Assembly (NCBI RefSeq): GCF_004010195.1 | Contig: NC_057756.1 | Coordinates: 4,247,603-4,311,602, forward strand | From: Chiloscyllium plagiosum | Taxonomy: Eukaryota | Reading direction: 5' to 3' | Length of the DNA stretch: 64,000 nucleotides | Shown here: one piece after another, positions 13,001 to 27,537 of the stretch | How positions within the stretch are numbered: position 1 is the first letter of the stretch | How the letters are laid out: every line of letters begins with the position of its first letter | Position numbers and translations under genes: made by a program | Notes under the pieces: generated by a model | Database searches by the model: none | What the model was told of the DNA's origin: nothing | The model's input: only the letters and a program-made list of their open reading frames with translations

Positions 13001-16000
13001 TGAAATTCGTAACAGGCTTGTTGAGTAGAGTTGACTGTTTCTACTCTAGTTATATATATATACATATGTACACATATATATATCTGTCCCAGAAGTTGTG
13101 TAACACCAAACCATTCCTGTTACGGTCTGAATTGCAATATTGTTGCGAAGGTCACAACACATCAAATTCTCCCGGGCAACTGGACAGTTTTTGTGCCCCC
13201 TTTGCTGAAATTGACAGGGTTGCATGGACGTGTGAATGAGTGAGTGAGAGAACTGCTGAACATTTTATCAAGCTACCAACTCAATTATTTAGCAAGAAGC
13301 TAACTCAGTCAGAAATGGATAGAGTACACTAATGAAATGTTTCAGCAGGTGAAAGTTTAAGCAATTCTGTTAATATGGTGGGTTAGAAATTGGATGCAGA
13401 GATCGGGTTTCATCGGGTAAGCCAATTTCATAAGGCCATATGGTTTAGAAGAAATAAAAATCAATTCTCCCAAGGTAATGGCAGTTCTGATTATCCTCAA
13501 CTTCATAGTGTCATAGAGATGTAAATTCCATGCCATTTTTTTTTGTCGGAAGTATTGATCCCATTGATGAGTATAAGTCTGCATAGCATAACTAACATTA
13601 TATTATTGACTTAAGGAGTCGTCGCCTCTGTTGAAACAGACCCCAAACACCAAGCATTCCATCTGCAACATCTATTTACTCATCTCTAACTCAAAATGGT
13701 GAGAATTGTATTTTCAGTGTATCCCATAAGCAGCAGCAATCACTCAGAAACACATTTGTTACAGTAAGGTCATCTCTCTATTCCAAACTCTAAGTGCACA
13801 TTTCCAAACTATTAGTTAAATTTCAATCGCATCATCAGTCGACCTAGTTAACCTGAACCAGACTGATTTTGAAACTGACCTGTCGTACCTTAGTTAAGGA
13901 TCAAAAACCTTTCGAATTATTCTGACTTGTTTAAAGCTGTAATGCTTGCCTTGCAAAAACTTCGCTACACATAAACAGTTTACATTCTTTGTCTTTGAAA
14001 TGCATTCCATTATATTACGTGTCATCAGAATTACGTGCTGCATTTTTTTAACACACGTTGAATTGTTCAATATTACATTTCATCTGCCAGGATTTTGCCC
14101 AACAACATCACCTGCATTTACAGCTCCATATCATAGTTCTGTTATATTTATCACTCTCCCATGCAACTTTTTTTTGTTTTACTCAAATTTGTTGACTTTA
14201 CTTCGACTTCATACATTCAACTTATTACAGATGCTCACAATTAGCATGGATCCCTGTAGTATCACAATCATTAGACAATTGTCATAACAATACCACCTCT
14301 ATCCGATGCAGAAATGAAAGTGTTTTCAAATCGTTAATCCCTGATTATATAATTTTGACCAATGTAACGTAATCATTTCCTTTAAACATCAATTTTTTCA
14401 TTATCTCATCAAATCTCTTCGAGAAAACCGGCTACAAGTATATAATGGGTACTAATGTGATACTAGATTAAGTTATTTGTTCTTCTGTTTCTCAGCTAAC
14501 TGTTACATGGTGCAGTTTTGAGGCGTGAAAAGAAACATTTTCCTCAGGGATTCGGTTTTCACATGTACATCAAGCAACGCAGAAAGAAAATCACTGATGA
14601 ATTGCTGATCAACTTGGCATTCCTGTATAAAGGAACTGACATTTTTGAAATTCCAAATCACAACACAGTGACAGCATCACAAATACTAGCTTACAAAATA
14701 CAAAATTTCCTACCTTCTGACATGATGTAAAATAGCTAAAGTACTATTGTTCTTTAATTGATCAGGTCATTTCTATCACACCAGAACACAACAAATGTCA
14801 GGAGTAATTACATAAATTATATGGGTAAAGCCCACGTCTTTCTTTATATTGCTATTGCATTGTTTTAAGTATATGCATTCTTATTCCATTTTTTTTTCTT
14901 CACGTTAAAAGGAGTTGAGCATGTAAGCAGATATATTCAAGCAAGACTTCATAATACGTTTCTCAGCGAATTGCCAAGACATTGTTATGATTCACGTACA
15001 CTCCACAACAATCTCCTTGTAACCTCATCAATTATACTATGAACACAAAGTTCGATTTTTATCATCTGTTGCCATTTTTACTGAATATTACTTACATTCA
15101 TCATTCATACATGCCTCCAAAATTAAAAGGACAAGTGAGTGAAGCCTTTGTTCCCCGCAGTGTCTGGGATTGCACTTTCAATTCAAATTTTCTGTTGGAT
15201 ATTGAGTGATAATCATGCAGCTATGCCTCCTATTCACAATTAAAATGAATGTTACTCGTTTCACATTCAATTCCATATTGTATAAATAAATGTTTTCACT
15301 ACATGTCCGCCTATCATGGTCTGTTCCTATCATGGTACATCTTATATGCAAGGAAATGTAATATGTTTTAAATTTCTAAAGCCTCATTGGCAGATATTGT
15401 ACGGTTACAATGAATAGAATATGAATATCATAGCAAGAAAGCATAAGAACCAAGAGCAGGACGAGACTATCTGGCCCTTCGAGCAGGCTCTGCCATTCGT
15501 ACAAATCATGGCTAATATTTTCTGCCGTTATGTCCACTTATCTACCTTGTCACCATAACCGTTAAATCCTTTACTGTGCAAAAAAGTCAAGGAAGAAGCC
15601 CGAAATACTTCACTGGGCACGGAATTCCACACTTTCCCAACCCATTGGGAGAAGAGATTCCTCGTCGATTCAGTGCTAAATCTGCTCCCCCTAAGATACA
15701 GTGCTAAATCTCCCCCCTCCTATCCAAGAAACAGTGTGGTTGCTCTCCACGGTGGGAGATGACCTCTTATTCAGTTTCTCCCGCCGGTAAGAACAACCAC
15801 ACTGTTTCTACCTTATCTATCCCCTTCAAAATTTTGTATATTTCCATAAGATCCCCTTAAAGTTTTAAAATTTCAACGAATATAATTTCAGTCTAATCAG
15901 TCTCTCTTTATACGCCAAACTGCTCAAATCTGGCATTAACCCAATGAATCTCCTCTCTACTCACTCCAATGCCACTGTATCCTTTCTCAAGTAAGGAGAC

Positions 16001-18544
16001 GAAAACTGTATGCAGTACTCCAGGTGTTGCTTCACCAGTATCCAAATCAGCTGCATCATTACTTCCGTGTTTTTAAACTCAATTCTCTAGCGCTGATAAA
16101 CAAAATTCCATTTGCTTTCTTAATAGCACGTTTCACCTGCAAACTAACCTTCTGCAATTCATGCCAAAGTATGCTGAGGTCTCTCTGCGTAGCAGCATGC
16201 TGCAGATTTTTAGCATTCTTTTTACTGTTACTCCTAACAAAAAGGCTAATCTCACATTCATCAAAATATTACTCCTACTGCCAGACCTTCTCCCACTCAC
16301 TTAAATTATCAAACCCCTTTCCAAACTTTCAGTATTCTGCTTGTACAATGCTCTACGACTCATCTCAGTTTCATCCGCAAACTTTGACACACTACACGTT
16401 GTCCGCAATTCCAAGTCATCTGTAAAATTGTAAACAATTGCAGACTCAACGCTGATCCCTGAGGCAGGCGACGAGACAATGATCGCTGACAAGAAAAAAA
16501 AATATATTTATACCACCCTTTACTTCCTGTTAATTAACTAATCCTCTATCCATGCTCACACATTGCCAGTAATGCCATGTAACTTTATCTTATACAGCAG
16601 TCTTTTGTGCGGCACCGTGATGAATGATTTTTTTAAAAATAATCCGGGTGCACCACATCGAGTGGTTTCCTATGTTTTCGTATGTTCTAAAAAGAACTCC
16701 TGAAAATTAGACAAATATAACCTTCTCTTTGTGAAGCTACACTGAATCTGGCCAATGGAACCATTTTTGTTATGATATATTGATTTTCCTTCTTTGGTGA
16801 TATTTCAAGCATTTTTCCCACTACAGTAGTTAAGTTAACTAGCCTATAATCCCTCATATTTGGCTACCTCCTTTTCTAAACTGTGGCATCACATTTGCTG
16901 TTTTCCATACTGCTGGAACTGCTAGAGTCCAGCCAATTTTGGAAAATTAACAAGAGCACATTCGCTATTTCTCCCACTATCTCTTTTAGTACGCTGGGAT
17001 ACTTTCCATCAGAGCCAGGAACCTTGTTTAACTATAACTACATTAGATTGTTTAGCACTACCTCTTTCGGGGTAATAACCTTTTCTGGGTCGTCACCGAT
17101 GTCAATCTCCTTATTGTCAATTATTTGCATGTTATTCGTATCATTCACTATGATGAACGACAGGAAATTCTGGTTCAATTTCTCTGCTATTTGTTCGGTT
17201 CCCATTTTAAAATCCATCTTCTCACCTTGTAAATACCAATGTTTATCTAAACAACACTTTGTCTTTATGTATGTTCCTAGAGAGTTTTGTAATCTGACTT
17301 TATTTTCTGAACTAGATTAGTTCCATAATTTTCTCTTTAGTATTTTGCGGTTTTCTGTGGACCTTTAATACTGTTCCAATCTTCTAGGTTTCCACTGGTC
17401 TTTGCTACCTTGTAAGCTTTATCTTTTTAATTTGATAGTCTTCCGCATTTCCTTCGACATACATGAGTGATTACCCATTTCCCACTGTTCTTCCTTTTCA
17501 CTGTAAATGCTTTTCCTGAACAATTGGAAAAATTGCCGTGCAAACCCTCGACGTATCCGCAGGTGTACAATTGTAAAGTATTTCCTTGTAGTCTGCTTTA
17601 GTCAACTTCTTCCTCATCCTGTTTTAGTCTCCTTTGTTTATGCACAGACTACTGATAATGGATTTTATTTTCTCTCCTTCATTCTGTATTCTAAATTTAA
17701 CTATACTGTAATCTTTCCTTTTAAGGGGGTGTCTAGTCATGAGATAATTAATTATTCCTGACTCATTATACAGGATCAGATCTAGGATACCTGTTTGCTT
17801 CTTCGGGTCCATTGCATACTGTTCAAGACAATTAACGTTGATACATTCAATGAAATTGTCATTGCTACATTATCATGATTGACTTGGTTGGGACAATCGA
17901 TAAGCAGGTTAAAATCCCCAAAGATGTTTGCCTGCTACTATTACAGACAGTATAGTTTTCTTTGTTTATTGACCATCCCAATATGATGTTAGTATTTGGT
18001 GACCAAGAGACTATGCCTATCAGTGAATTTGTCTCCTTTGAATTCCTAAATTCCACCAATTGAATTCAACCTTATTCTCCATAGAACCAATGCTATTTCT
18101 CACTACAGCCGCGATGTCGTCCTTAAATATCAGACCTACACCAATTCTATTAATTTCGTGTCTGTCCCTCTGAATAGTCAGATACCCATGGATGTTAAAT
18201 TCCCAGTCGTGACTACACTGCAAGAATAGGCCTCTAATGAATACTAAATCATTATCATTCAAAATGATTTATATAGTTAACTTATTTACCGTCTTTCAAA
18301 TGTTAGGAGCGTTCAGTTAAAGTGCTGTTATACTAGATTTTTTTTCTAACTTTTCTTTCAATTCTAACATCTGCCTTAATTATATCTCCTGAGTTTTCTT
18401 AGCTTTTAACTTCTTTCATCACCTTCGATGAGGATACATCTCCTGCATGCTTCTTATCAGTTCCTTAATTTTCTATTTGTTATGATAGTTTCTGTCCCTT
18501 TATCCTTCCCTTATCCCAGTTCACTAGTTTAAAGTTCTAATTAT

Positions 18545-18642
18545 CAGAGTTGTAAAATGTTGCGTTGGAAAAGCACAGTAGGTCAGGCAGCATCTGGGTT
18601 GCAAGAGAGCCGATGTTTTGGGCATAAACCTTTCATCAGGAC
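18545..18642 (-). mobile_element. Penelope-derived terminal fragment inserted in CR1
   Basis: ggaaaagcacagtaggtcaggcagcatc...gggcataaacctttcatcagg (degenerate hammerhead motif). Confidence 0.65.
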
Positions 18643-19321
18643 TGGTTCCAGGTGGGTTCAGTTGGAGATTGTACCAAACACAGAGACGTCTCCTGTTCCA
18701 AAAGCGATGCCAATGACCCATGAAATGGAACTCACTTTAGCACACAATTCATTTAGCACAGTCTTCTTCCTTACTCTTTTTTACCTCTATGAGAATTTGT
18801 GCGCGTCTCGGGAAGTATTTCGGATATTATAATCCCTGAGACCTGTTACTTAATTGCATTCCTCATGCTTGATAATCCCAAAATACATCATACTTCCTAC
18901 CTTTGACGATGTTGTTTGTCCCAAAGTGGACCACACTAATTGAATCCTTGCCCTCATGCCTCAATATACTTTCAAGCTGGTCAGGGATGTTCATCACCCA
19001 TGTCACTAGGTAGGAAAAATCCCATGTCGGACATTCGATACTAATTGCAAAGGATGCTGTAATTCCCCCGATTATAAAGTCATCTGCATTATCACTTGTG
19101 TTTTCGCTCCGATCCCCTTGAATGGCCTCATTTACCAAGTTGCAGTGGTCACCTGACAAATACTGCCACACCCGTTTTCCTCATCGTCAGAGATAACAAG
19201 ACCCTCGTACCTGTTGGATAAAGTCAAGAGCTGAGGCACCTTCGTTCCTGAATTGAAGATCCCCTTTTCTACACACTTGCAATTACACCGTACTGTTCCT
19301 GATCACTGAATGAATTTGAAG

Positions 19322-19643
19322 TAGATTTTAGATTTTTAGATTACATTACAGTGTGGAAACAGGCCCTTCAGCCCAACAGGTCCACACCGACCCGCTGAAG
19401 CGCAACTGACTCACACCCCTACATTTACCCATTATCTAACACTACGGGCAATTTAGCATGGCCAATTCACCTGACCTGCACATCTTTGGATTGTCGGAGG
19501 AAACCGGAGCACCCGGAGGGTGCTCACGCAGACAGTAGGAGAATGTGCAAACTCCACACAGTCAGTCGCCTGAGGCAGGAATTGAACCTGGGTCTCAGGC
19601 GCTGTGAGGCAGCAGTGCTAACCACTGTGCCACCGTGCCGCCC
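19322..19643 (-). mobile_element. HE1-type tRNA-derived V-SINE
   Basis: Reverse complement begins gggcggcacggtggcacagtggttagcactgctgcctcacagcgcc (A box), has B box ggttcaattcc, the V-SINE core, and a (tctaa)-type tail. Confidence 0.9.
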
Positions 19644-20467
19644 ACTTTATCTACCAGGTGTGCCCGCCTCCTAAAGCAAAGGGTCCAGATATTACTCCCC
19701 CTCCTTGATGTGCCGAAATGCTTGAAGCTCAGACTCCAGCTCTTCAGCTCTGAGCTGAAGTTCCTCAAGCAGACACTTGTTGCAAATATGGTTGCTGTAG
19801 CTCGCAATGGGAACGACCAACTACCATATCAACTCTTGTAGCACATCACATGCCCAGCCATCTTTACTTAATTAATAACTTGATTAATTGATCTGAATTT
19901 ATTAATACGCTAATTTGTGTTTTGACAATTCTTTTCTGTGTTCATTTTGAAATTCGTTGCAGATTTCCTACCAGCCAATCAGGCTACAGTTCCCTGTGAT
20001 GTCACCTATCCATTTCAATGTACATGTCCATCTTATTCAAGAAACTGACATTATGGTTCTGAGTTTTGTGGGTAGGCGACTCAGAAATTTGTATCAAATT
20101 ATCTGTTGTCACCAACCAGAATATATATGCAACTTGCAGTCAAGTCAATAATTATTCTGATGACTATCCTAACCCATTCAAAAGAAAATGTATTGGGCTG
20201 TTACTGTTAACATAAACACTTGACGTGAAAATGAATTTCTGCCTGGACTACACTTATTTGGGCGTGGTGATTATATACAAGGCGTAATTATGAGCAACGT
20301 ATAGCAGGAAATAGCTATAAAATTAGCATATGATGTGTTACTGAATATACACATGATATGTTCTGTTGAAGATACATTGGGACCAAGTTTGTAAAATGTT
20401 TTTGAAATGCATTTTATGATCAAATCCGTCAGAAATTTATTGGTAAAAAGTATTTTTTTCCTTTCAG

Positions 20468-20494
20468 GAAAGCAGCTGGAACAAAAAGTGAAAG
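20468..20494 (+). CDS. 27-nt phase 1-1 micro-exon, GKQLEQKVK
   Basis: tatttttttcctttcag|GAAAGCAGCTGGAACAAAAAGTGAAAG|gtaatt; strong polypyrimidine tract; continues the heptad register of the 4189 exon. Confidence 0.75.
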
Positions 20495-20821
20495 GTAATT
20501 AAAATTCATATGTTTTGTGTGCTGTTTCGCTCGTTTTCTGTACCTCATATGAAAATAGGATTGTTAATTCCGATTAGGAACATTGAATAAATTATGAACA
20601 TGTGCACCAGTTGTTGCTGTGTTCTTAATAGATTTTGTATTTGTTGAAATATTTGTATTAATGTGGTAGACTTAGAGCAGGGGAGATATTATCTAAGTTG
20701 CGAGCCAGATGCGCCATGTTTTGAGCACGGTGGTAATTGAAGTACAGAATCTTTCACAGTTAAACAAATTATTCCATGACTGTTGTCTAACTGACTGCAT
20801 TAAGAATTTTGCTTCTTTCTT

Positions 20822-20915
20822 GCTCTCTCTCTCTCTGTGCGTGCGGGTGAGCATGTGTGTGTGAGTGCGTGAGTGTGTGTGTGGGTGTGTGTGTCATTCT
20901 GTGGGTGTGTGTGAG
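20822..20915. repeat. Compound (CT)n/(GT)n microsatellite
   Basis: Seen directly. Confidence 0.85.
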
Positions 20916-21799
20916 GGAGAGAAGGAGCGAGTCAGACAGACACAAAACGAACGGTTTCCTTCTTCAAAGGATCAGAATGTAAGTTATTGTAATTGATGAG
21001 AATGATTAAAACCAGGATTGAAGTACGTGTGGGATTGGATGACGAATATTGGTTGTTGTGGAAATTGAAAACAAATGTAATTAACAAAAACTGAACAAAT
21101 TTTGTGAAGTATACCTCTTGAGAATGAAAAAGGTCAGCAAGTGATACTGCCATACTGCTCTCCCTCCAGCTAAGCAACATTCGATGCCCAAACGCCGGGT
21201 CTGAGCCGGTGTAGCTGCGGCCTTTGTTGGGAAGGGGGCGGGAATGCAACTGGGACGAAGGCTACAGTGAAAAATGTTGAAGAAAGATCTCGAGACTCAG
21301 ACCTTGAGAACTGATTAGTTCTTACATGACATATAATGTGAAATTCACCGTCCGAATTGTGGCTCTGTGCTATTCCGAAGTACAGCAGGATACTTCAGAA
21401 TTACATAGAGAAAGCAGATAGGAGCTGATCGATAATTACACAGTTTGGTATGCTTACAAGTTGGTTCTAATTTAGAGGTTAGTCATTAGGGTCAAAGCTA
21501 AAGCACTATTACGCATTCCACAAGTTGACAGAACAAATGGCATCACCACTGATTCTATCTACATAGATTTCTATCACGAAGCAGAGATGCCCCCAATTAG
21601 CTGAATTGCCATAAAATGGCAATAACTCGTGAAGGAAGTGGGTCTAATTGATAGGTCTATGCCCGCCGACTGGTTCTGCAGCCTGCAGTGATCATTCATC
21701 AAAAAGGGGAAAAGACTAACTTGACACCTTAGGAAGATGAGGCCTACCTTTCACATTACCTCATAGTAAGGATTGCACAGCCAACAAAGTTCTCGGGAC

Positions 21800-24700
21800 A
21801 CAAAATGGTTTTTCAGCTGGATTAGGAAAATTGCTACCAGGCAAACCATGTCAACTTTTTCACAACAAAAAAGAAAAGCCTTGGAGACACCCCACTATAT
21901 GTGTTTCAATATGAATGTATCTCATGCCATCACAGTGGTTCCAGCTATACCTCGAAATCAGAACTTTAACACGCTGCACCCTGGCATAGTAATGCGAATG
22001 TGGCCACGTCAGTATCAACTCAGTGCGGATCTCTGAACCCCAATATCCCATTTCTGTTTCTGAACCTCAACCCACCACACCAGACGCAAGGATCGCAAAG
22101 CCCAAACTCTGCCCTCTGTCATTCGACCACCGTCGTGACTCACCTGGCCTCAGGGGATTCACTGCCAAACTCTATTGCATGGTAGCAGAGACGGGGGATC
22201 CTGGACAGTAAGCGAGGTACCTTTCATGTCTGCTGTCACCTGATAGTCCTTGCCGCAGCCAATTGTGTTTATGGAAATGCTGGAGGCAGGAGCTGGTCCC
22301 TTGCGACGACCATGGAGTGTGGGGGAGTGGTCCATCTTCAAAACCACCCTCACATCTGGGAAGAAGCGCCGTTCCCTGCAGGGGAGGACTTTCATGTGAC
22401 ATTACTGTGATGTAGCGTCACATGTCGGTGTGATTTTGTTGCACCTCATGACTCTCCCGCACCGCGCCCAGAATTTCTGCAGGCCCATGTATTGCAGCAG
22501 AACTTCCGTTGTCATTGCCCGACTGGATCCCGAAGAGCCAGAAATGAATACAAGCCACAGTGCGAGTGTTGTAAATTTAGATCATTTTGGGTCACAGAGC
22601 AGTGAACGGGAGGACGGTGGTTTCCTCACTCCTCACTCGTAGTCTATATTCCCATCGCCCTTGCCCTGGAAGAGAACCTGTTCCCTGAGAAGCTGGGCAT
22701 CCCGATGTCTGGAACAAACCGGGTGCGAGTCTCCACTGCCTGATGACAGTGACGTGGAGCATTCCTCAATGGGTACATTATGAACGTTACTGCTGCTGAC
22801 TGTGGAGGTGGGGTCGCTGGGAGTTTGGGGCCTGCTGGTGGTGCAGAACCATCTCCCACTCTCACCATAGGGGAGGGGTGGCTGACCAAGCAAGAATGTG
22901 CAGAGGAGGATTCGAACCCTGGGTTCACAGGGGGACAAAATGGAGTGCATCTCCGACAAGTTTTTGACGCCCTGGACACACAGCAATTCGTCCCATTATT
23001 GCATTAAACGATCCTGGGATTTTTTTGAGGACACTGCAGTCACAGGGATCGAGCCCTGTGGGCACTGGACCAGTGGAAAATCATTGAATTAGTCTACATA
23101 TTGGTCGAAGGGCCTGTTTCCACACTTTAGGGTCTCTATGATTCTATGGCCCAATGGATCGCCCATTCTGCTTGCTAGGCACATAGATCAGAACAGACAA
23201 AGTGAAGCACTTCAGAAACTTCCTCGCGGTATTTCTGGCGAAGACAAGGACTTCTTCACCCATCCCCCCCGTTCTCATAGCAAACGTGTTTGATTTTTTA
23301 TTGTTTATGTGGTGGTTGCACACTTCTGATGACAATTAAGGTTACTACAGCCAGCCTTAACGTCAATGGCAGCAAAGATTTTTAATGCATTTTCTGTACT
23401 TTCTCCGGCCCTAAGAAGAGGATGTATACAGTGTGATTCTGCAAGAAAACCACACTATCCAGGAAAATGAAGCCTCCAAACTGCCACAATGGCAATGGTG
23501 TCTCTATGAGTCACCTCAGCCAAAGATCTGCTATTTTCAGGCCCACAGTTTGAGATGGAGGTCTTGGCGTTCAAGGAGCTTGTGCTATGCCATTTGTTAT
23601 CTTGACAGTGCGGCTACGGGGTGCGATGCTTCACTTTCTCAGTGACTACGATCCAATGTTTTGGCCCAGGCAAACGTGCTAGCGTGAATAAATGTCCGCT
23701 CATCTCACTTCCATCGACGAAGGTCAGTGCGTTTTCCTTGGGGGGACCGTTTAAACGCATCATCGAGGAGAATGCCCATGGTGATGCATGGTCTGGTTTG
23801 GCGTTGGGGAGATGTTTCAAGGACTTGGTCAATCATTCAAGCTACTACACCTCTGGTTAATGTTCCGTCCTGACATGATCACCTTCACCATCGTGAAGTC
23901 ATATTTTGGAGCCTCAAGGATCGGCGGCCTGAAAGTTTTGAAGGGATATAGCTTCTGCATTCTGGCGGTCTTCATGTAGCATGTGCCTTGAATGGTCTAT
24001 CACCTGGTACAGGAAGAACTCCTTCTGTTAGGCGTCTGGCTCCACGCATGGGCTCTTTAGCAATCTGCTGCTGGAGCACAAGTGGTGCTGGGAATCATAT
24101 CATCGGTTCTGGGCTGGTTGGAGAAGGAAGTGGGCCTGCGATTGGCTTCCCCTCCTTGAGGCTATGGTGTAACATAGGCAAGACTCATGTCTGTATTTCA
24201 GCAAGAGTCCGTGAGGGCTTCGACAAAGAAATGGAGATCCAGGATTAAGAAGTTGGAGAAGGAAGTTTTCAATCTGGTCAGGTCTCAGTCAGCCCAATGT
24301 GGACCCAGCCTTTTGGGGGTGGGGAGGGGGTGCGAAGAGAAGAAGACCGTGCTCCAAGACTTGCAGCTCGTTGGGTGTCGTACATGTATTTGTTGTTGCA
24401 GACCTGACACATCCAGTAAATGGACAGCGTCTCCCCCTTCTTCTACTCAGTGGAATAAAAGCCTGGCAACCATCAGCAGCTACTTAAGGTGTTAGCCAAC
24501 GAGTGGTCCGTCAAATCATATCTGGAGCACATCATGAACCAGATTCCCTCCGAATACAAAGCTCAATTCTCTCTGGATCTGTCCACCGACGATGGTCGCA
24601 GATACATATGGCAAGACCTGATGCAGCTCATACTGGATGCCGCCAGAAGGCTCGACGCTCCTGTTACCTTAGAGGAACTGAATGGCGTCCTCGAATGGCT

Positions 24701-27250
24701 CTCGAGGGGCAAGGGCCCAGAGCTGTTCAGGCTGTCCATGGAGTTCTTCACGGCGTTCTGGGATAGGAGAAGACTACGTGCAGGTTATGATGGGGTGTGT
24801 TAAAGACAGAGAGCTGCACTTTTCTTTGCGCAGGGCTGTCATCGTGCTGCTGCTGAAGAGAGGCAAACATGGTTCTTTAAAGTATTGGCGCCTGGGCTCT
24901 CTCTTCATCATGGATTATAAATCTTAACCAGGGTTTTGCTTTCATGCGTGGCTTCTGTGCTGGTGCACATGATTCACCCTGACCCGTCGGACACGGTCCC
25001 GGACTGGAGAATGCACAACAAAATCCATCTCTTGAGCACCTTCTTGTCCCTTGATCTGGAAAAGACGTTTGAAATGGATTATCACGAGTATCCGGTAAAC
25101 ACTCTGTGGGTTTTTGGGTTCCGGATGCAATTTTTCATCTGGATCCGAATTTTGTTCACTGCCCAAAGTGACTGGTTAAAGTTGACAGATCCCTGCTGGC
25201 GCATTTTTGCTGTGGATGAGCAGTACATCAAGTCTGCCCTTTGATCAGTCATTTTTATTCCCTGTGTGGGGAGCATTTCCTTCTTCTCTGCGAGGTACAT
25301 TGTCAGGACTGCTTCTGCGTAAGCCTGGCGGAAGTCTGGTCGTTATGGCTTATGACAATGATATGCTCCTCACTATCATCGACCAGCTTACCTGTGGAGA
25401 ATTTTTGAGTGCCAGGCAAGGAACTCGGCATTGTCTTCTACCTAGATTAACTGAGCCAAATCTTCAGGAAATCTGTTTGGTCTGTAGTGGGCGGATTCTC
25501 TGCCACAGGCGATACTTGGGTTTAGCTGCTATAACACATATCTCCTCTATCGGGAGTCTACCTTAGCCCACTTGAGAAATTTTACCCGGCGAATTTGCAG
25601 GAGCTGAAGTGCAAGGTCTTGACTCGCCTACACTGCTGGACAGGACTGCCCTGGTGCTGTCTTACAGAAATTGAGTGCTGGTTATAAACCGCTGTTAGCC
25701 TCAATGTCGTTTTACTGGATGATACATTTGGCCCCTTCACCTATGTTTGTCGCTGTCATCTGGAATACGTTGGTGACTTCTCCTGGGATAACGGCGCACT
25801 CGGTAACAGCACAGGTTCTGGGTCTCCCTTATGAAGAGGGTAGTTAATCGCTGGAGTGCATCTGCGCTCAGGTGACGACTTTCCACTATCAGATCTTGCA
25901 GCAATACATTTACTTTGAGCCTCATCTTCAGTGGTGAGCCCTGGCAACCTTTCCTTTTCTGCCAAGTGCATAACATCAATTATGACACGGAGCCTCATGT
26001 AATCAAACTGTGGCATTTTTGAGATCTCCCTCTTAACACCGCCTGCCTTTTGCCAGTACCTGATGATTATCTGAATCATAGTCGAATTGCATCGCGCCTA
26101 TCATCTGTCAGGAACAGCGGCCATCATTGGAATATACACCTCTGTCATCGCGGGTTCGAATGGCTTTTGCAGCAGAGGGCCATGGTTGCGATGGTGACCA
26201 AGGTCAAAGGCGTGCTGGGTGGCAGTGCCCTGAGTTGGATGACGTCATATGAACTAGCACGCAGAGCAATAGTAGACACCTGGTTCGTGACCAGTGCCAT
26301 GCAGTGCCATGCAGTGCATTAAAACTGGTGCAATCAGACCCAACATTCTGACCAGTTAGCGGATGTTCTTGTGTGCGGTGGAATCTCGCTTACGCATGCC
26401 TTTGATTGGATGGCATTTCACATTGGTCCCAGGATCCTGTACTTCTGTAGTATCATGCACTCCAGAACCTGCGCTTCCTCGGCAATTTTATTTCCATCTC
26501 TTATAAAGATATGAAACATCGGGCCTAAAATCAAATGTTGCTGAACACCATCCAGCTCTTCTACTTCAATCACCAGCCCAAAGTTCCCTTGCAGGCCAAT
26601 TTGACAAAGTTGCGGGGGGGGGGGGGAGGTGGTAGAGATCTCCAGTGGAGGGCTCTCTATACGGAGATCCTCCGGCTTTTTTGCCGTGGTGGAGGGTGCT
26701 GAAACGAACAGACCATTGTGCACTTGTTAGTTTGTTTATGCCGTGAAGTCCATGGGACATGTATGTGTGGTGTGTGGCCATCTGTACTCCCTTTTAGTTT
26801 TTTTTTCAAGATTCTCTTTTCTGTTTTTCTTTGCACTTTAGCCCCAAATACCTGAAATTTCGACAAAACGTGAGGAGGGGAAAGGGCAATTCAGAGGATA
26901 CACTTGTGGGTGTGCTCCTGGGCTTCACCAAGCTGTCAATTAGTAGTACCAGGCAGAGGGCCCAGAAGGTGTAGTTTTGGTTGACTGCCATCCCCTCATC
27001 GGCTGTTCGATCTAGGCCAAGGATTTCTGGAGAGGCAATATGTGGTGTCCATCAACCCTCCCAAGTTCTTCAGGGAGAATTGGGCACCGCGGGGAGTACA
27101 CTGTTTTATTGCTCCCTTCAATTCTGTTCTGATATAATCTCTGCTCCCTCTTCACTTTTTCGTTCATGTCGGCTTTCTCCATAAAAATGTGACTCTGCTT
27201 GTCACTGACCACTCGATTGTTTTTCTTCCTGTTGGTGGAAAAAAATAAAC
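21800..27250 (+). mobile_element. Decayed near full-length Tx1 (L1-clade) LINE
   Basis: Endonuclease ASLNVNG (about 23350) and ILQENHT; RT LDAPVTLEEL, MEFFTAFWD, RRAVIVLLLKRG...WRLGSLFIMDYK, MIHPD, FLSLDLEKTF, AYDND; C-terminus FFRENWAPRGV (about 27070); weak ORF1 remnants 22150-23050; A-rich end about 27240. 5' boundary uncertain. Confidence 0.85.
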
Positions 27251-27537
27251 AGGAGCTTTAGAATTTCCTCAGTTTAGGGGTCTGAATCCGGGCTGGCTGG
27301 CCACAGACAATCTTAATCTGAGGAGGAAGAAATTGTGTGAGACTGTGCTGACGACTTGACTGACATCGTTTTCTGTTCAAGTCTATCTCTAATTCTACTG
27401 ATGCTGCCTGACACTTTAGTACTTCTGCTCCTGCTGCCCGTGCCTCCATGGACCTGCAAGAAAATATGAAAAAAAATGGCAAAATATTTAAACAGGAGGT
27501 GCAAAGTTTTCTCATTGTGGGAACTGACTCCGAGCTG

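Larger units (their letters stand above)
15440..19860 (-). mobile_element. Near full-length decayed CR1 LINE (ORF1 esterase, endonuclease, RT, tail)
   Basis: Minus-strand peptides ISVVHFGTNNI (SGNH esterase ORF1, about 18920), DWEFNIHGYLTIQRDR and ILDLILYNESG (APE endonuclease), SKFADET (RT, about 16370); tail cataagaac at about 15442. Confidence 0.85.

Noticed and set aside
19560..19643. tRNA-like sequence with A and B boxes
   Set aside because: Head of an HE1-type SINE, not a tRNA gene
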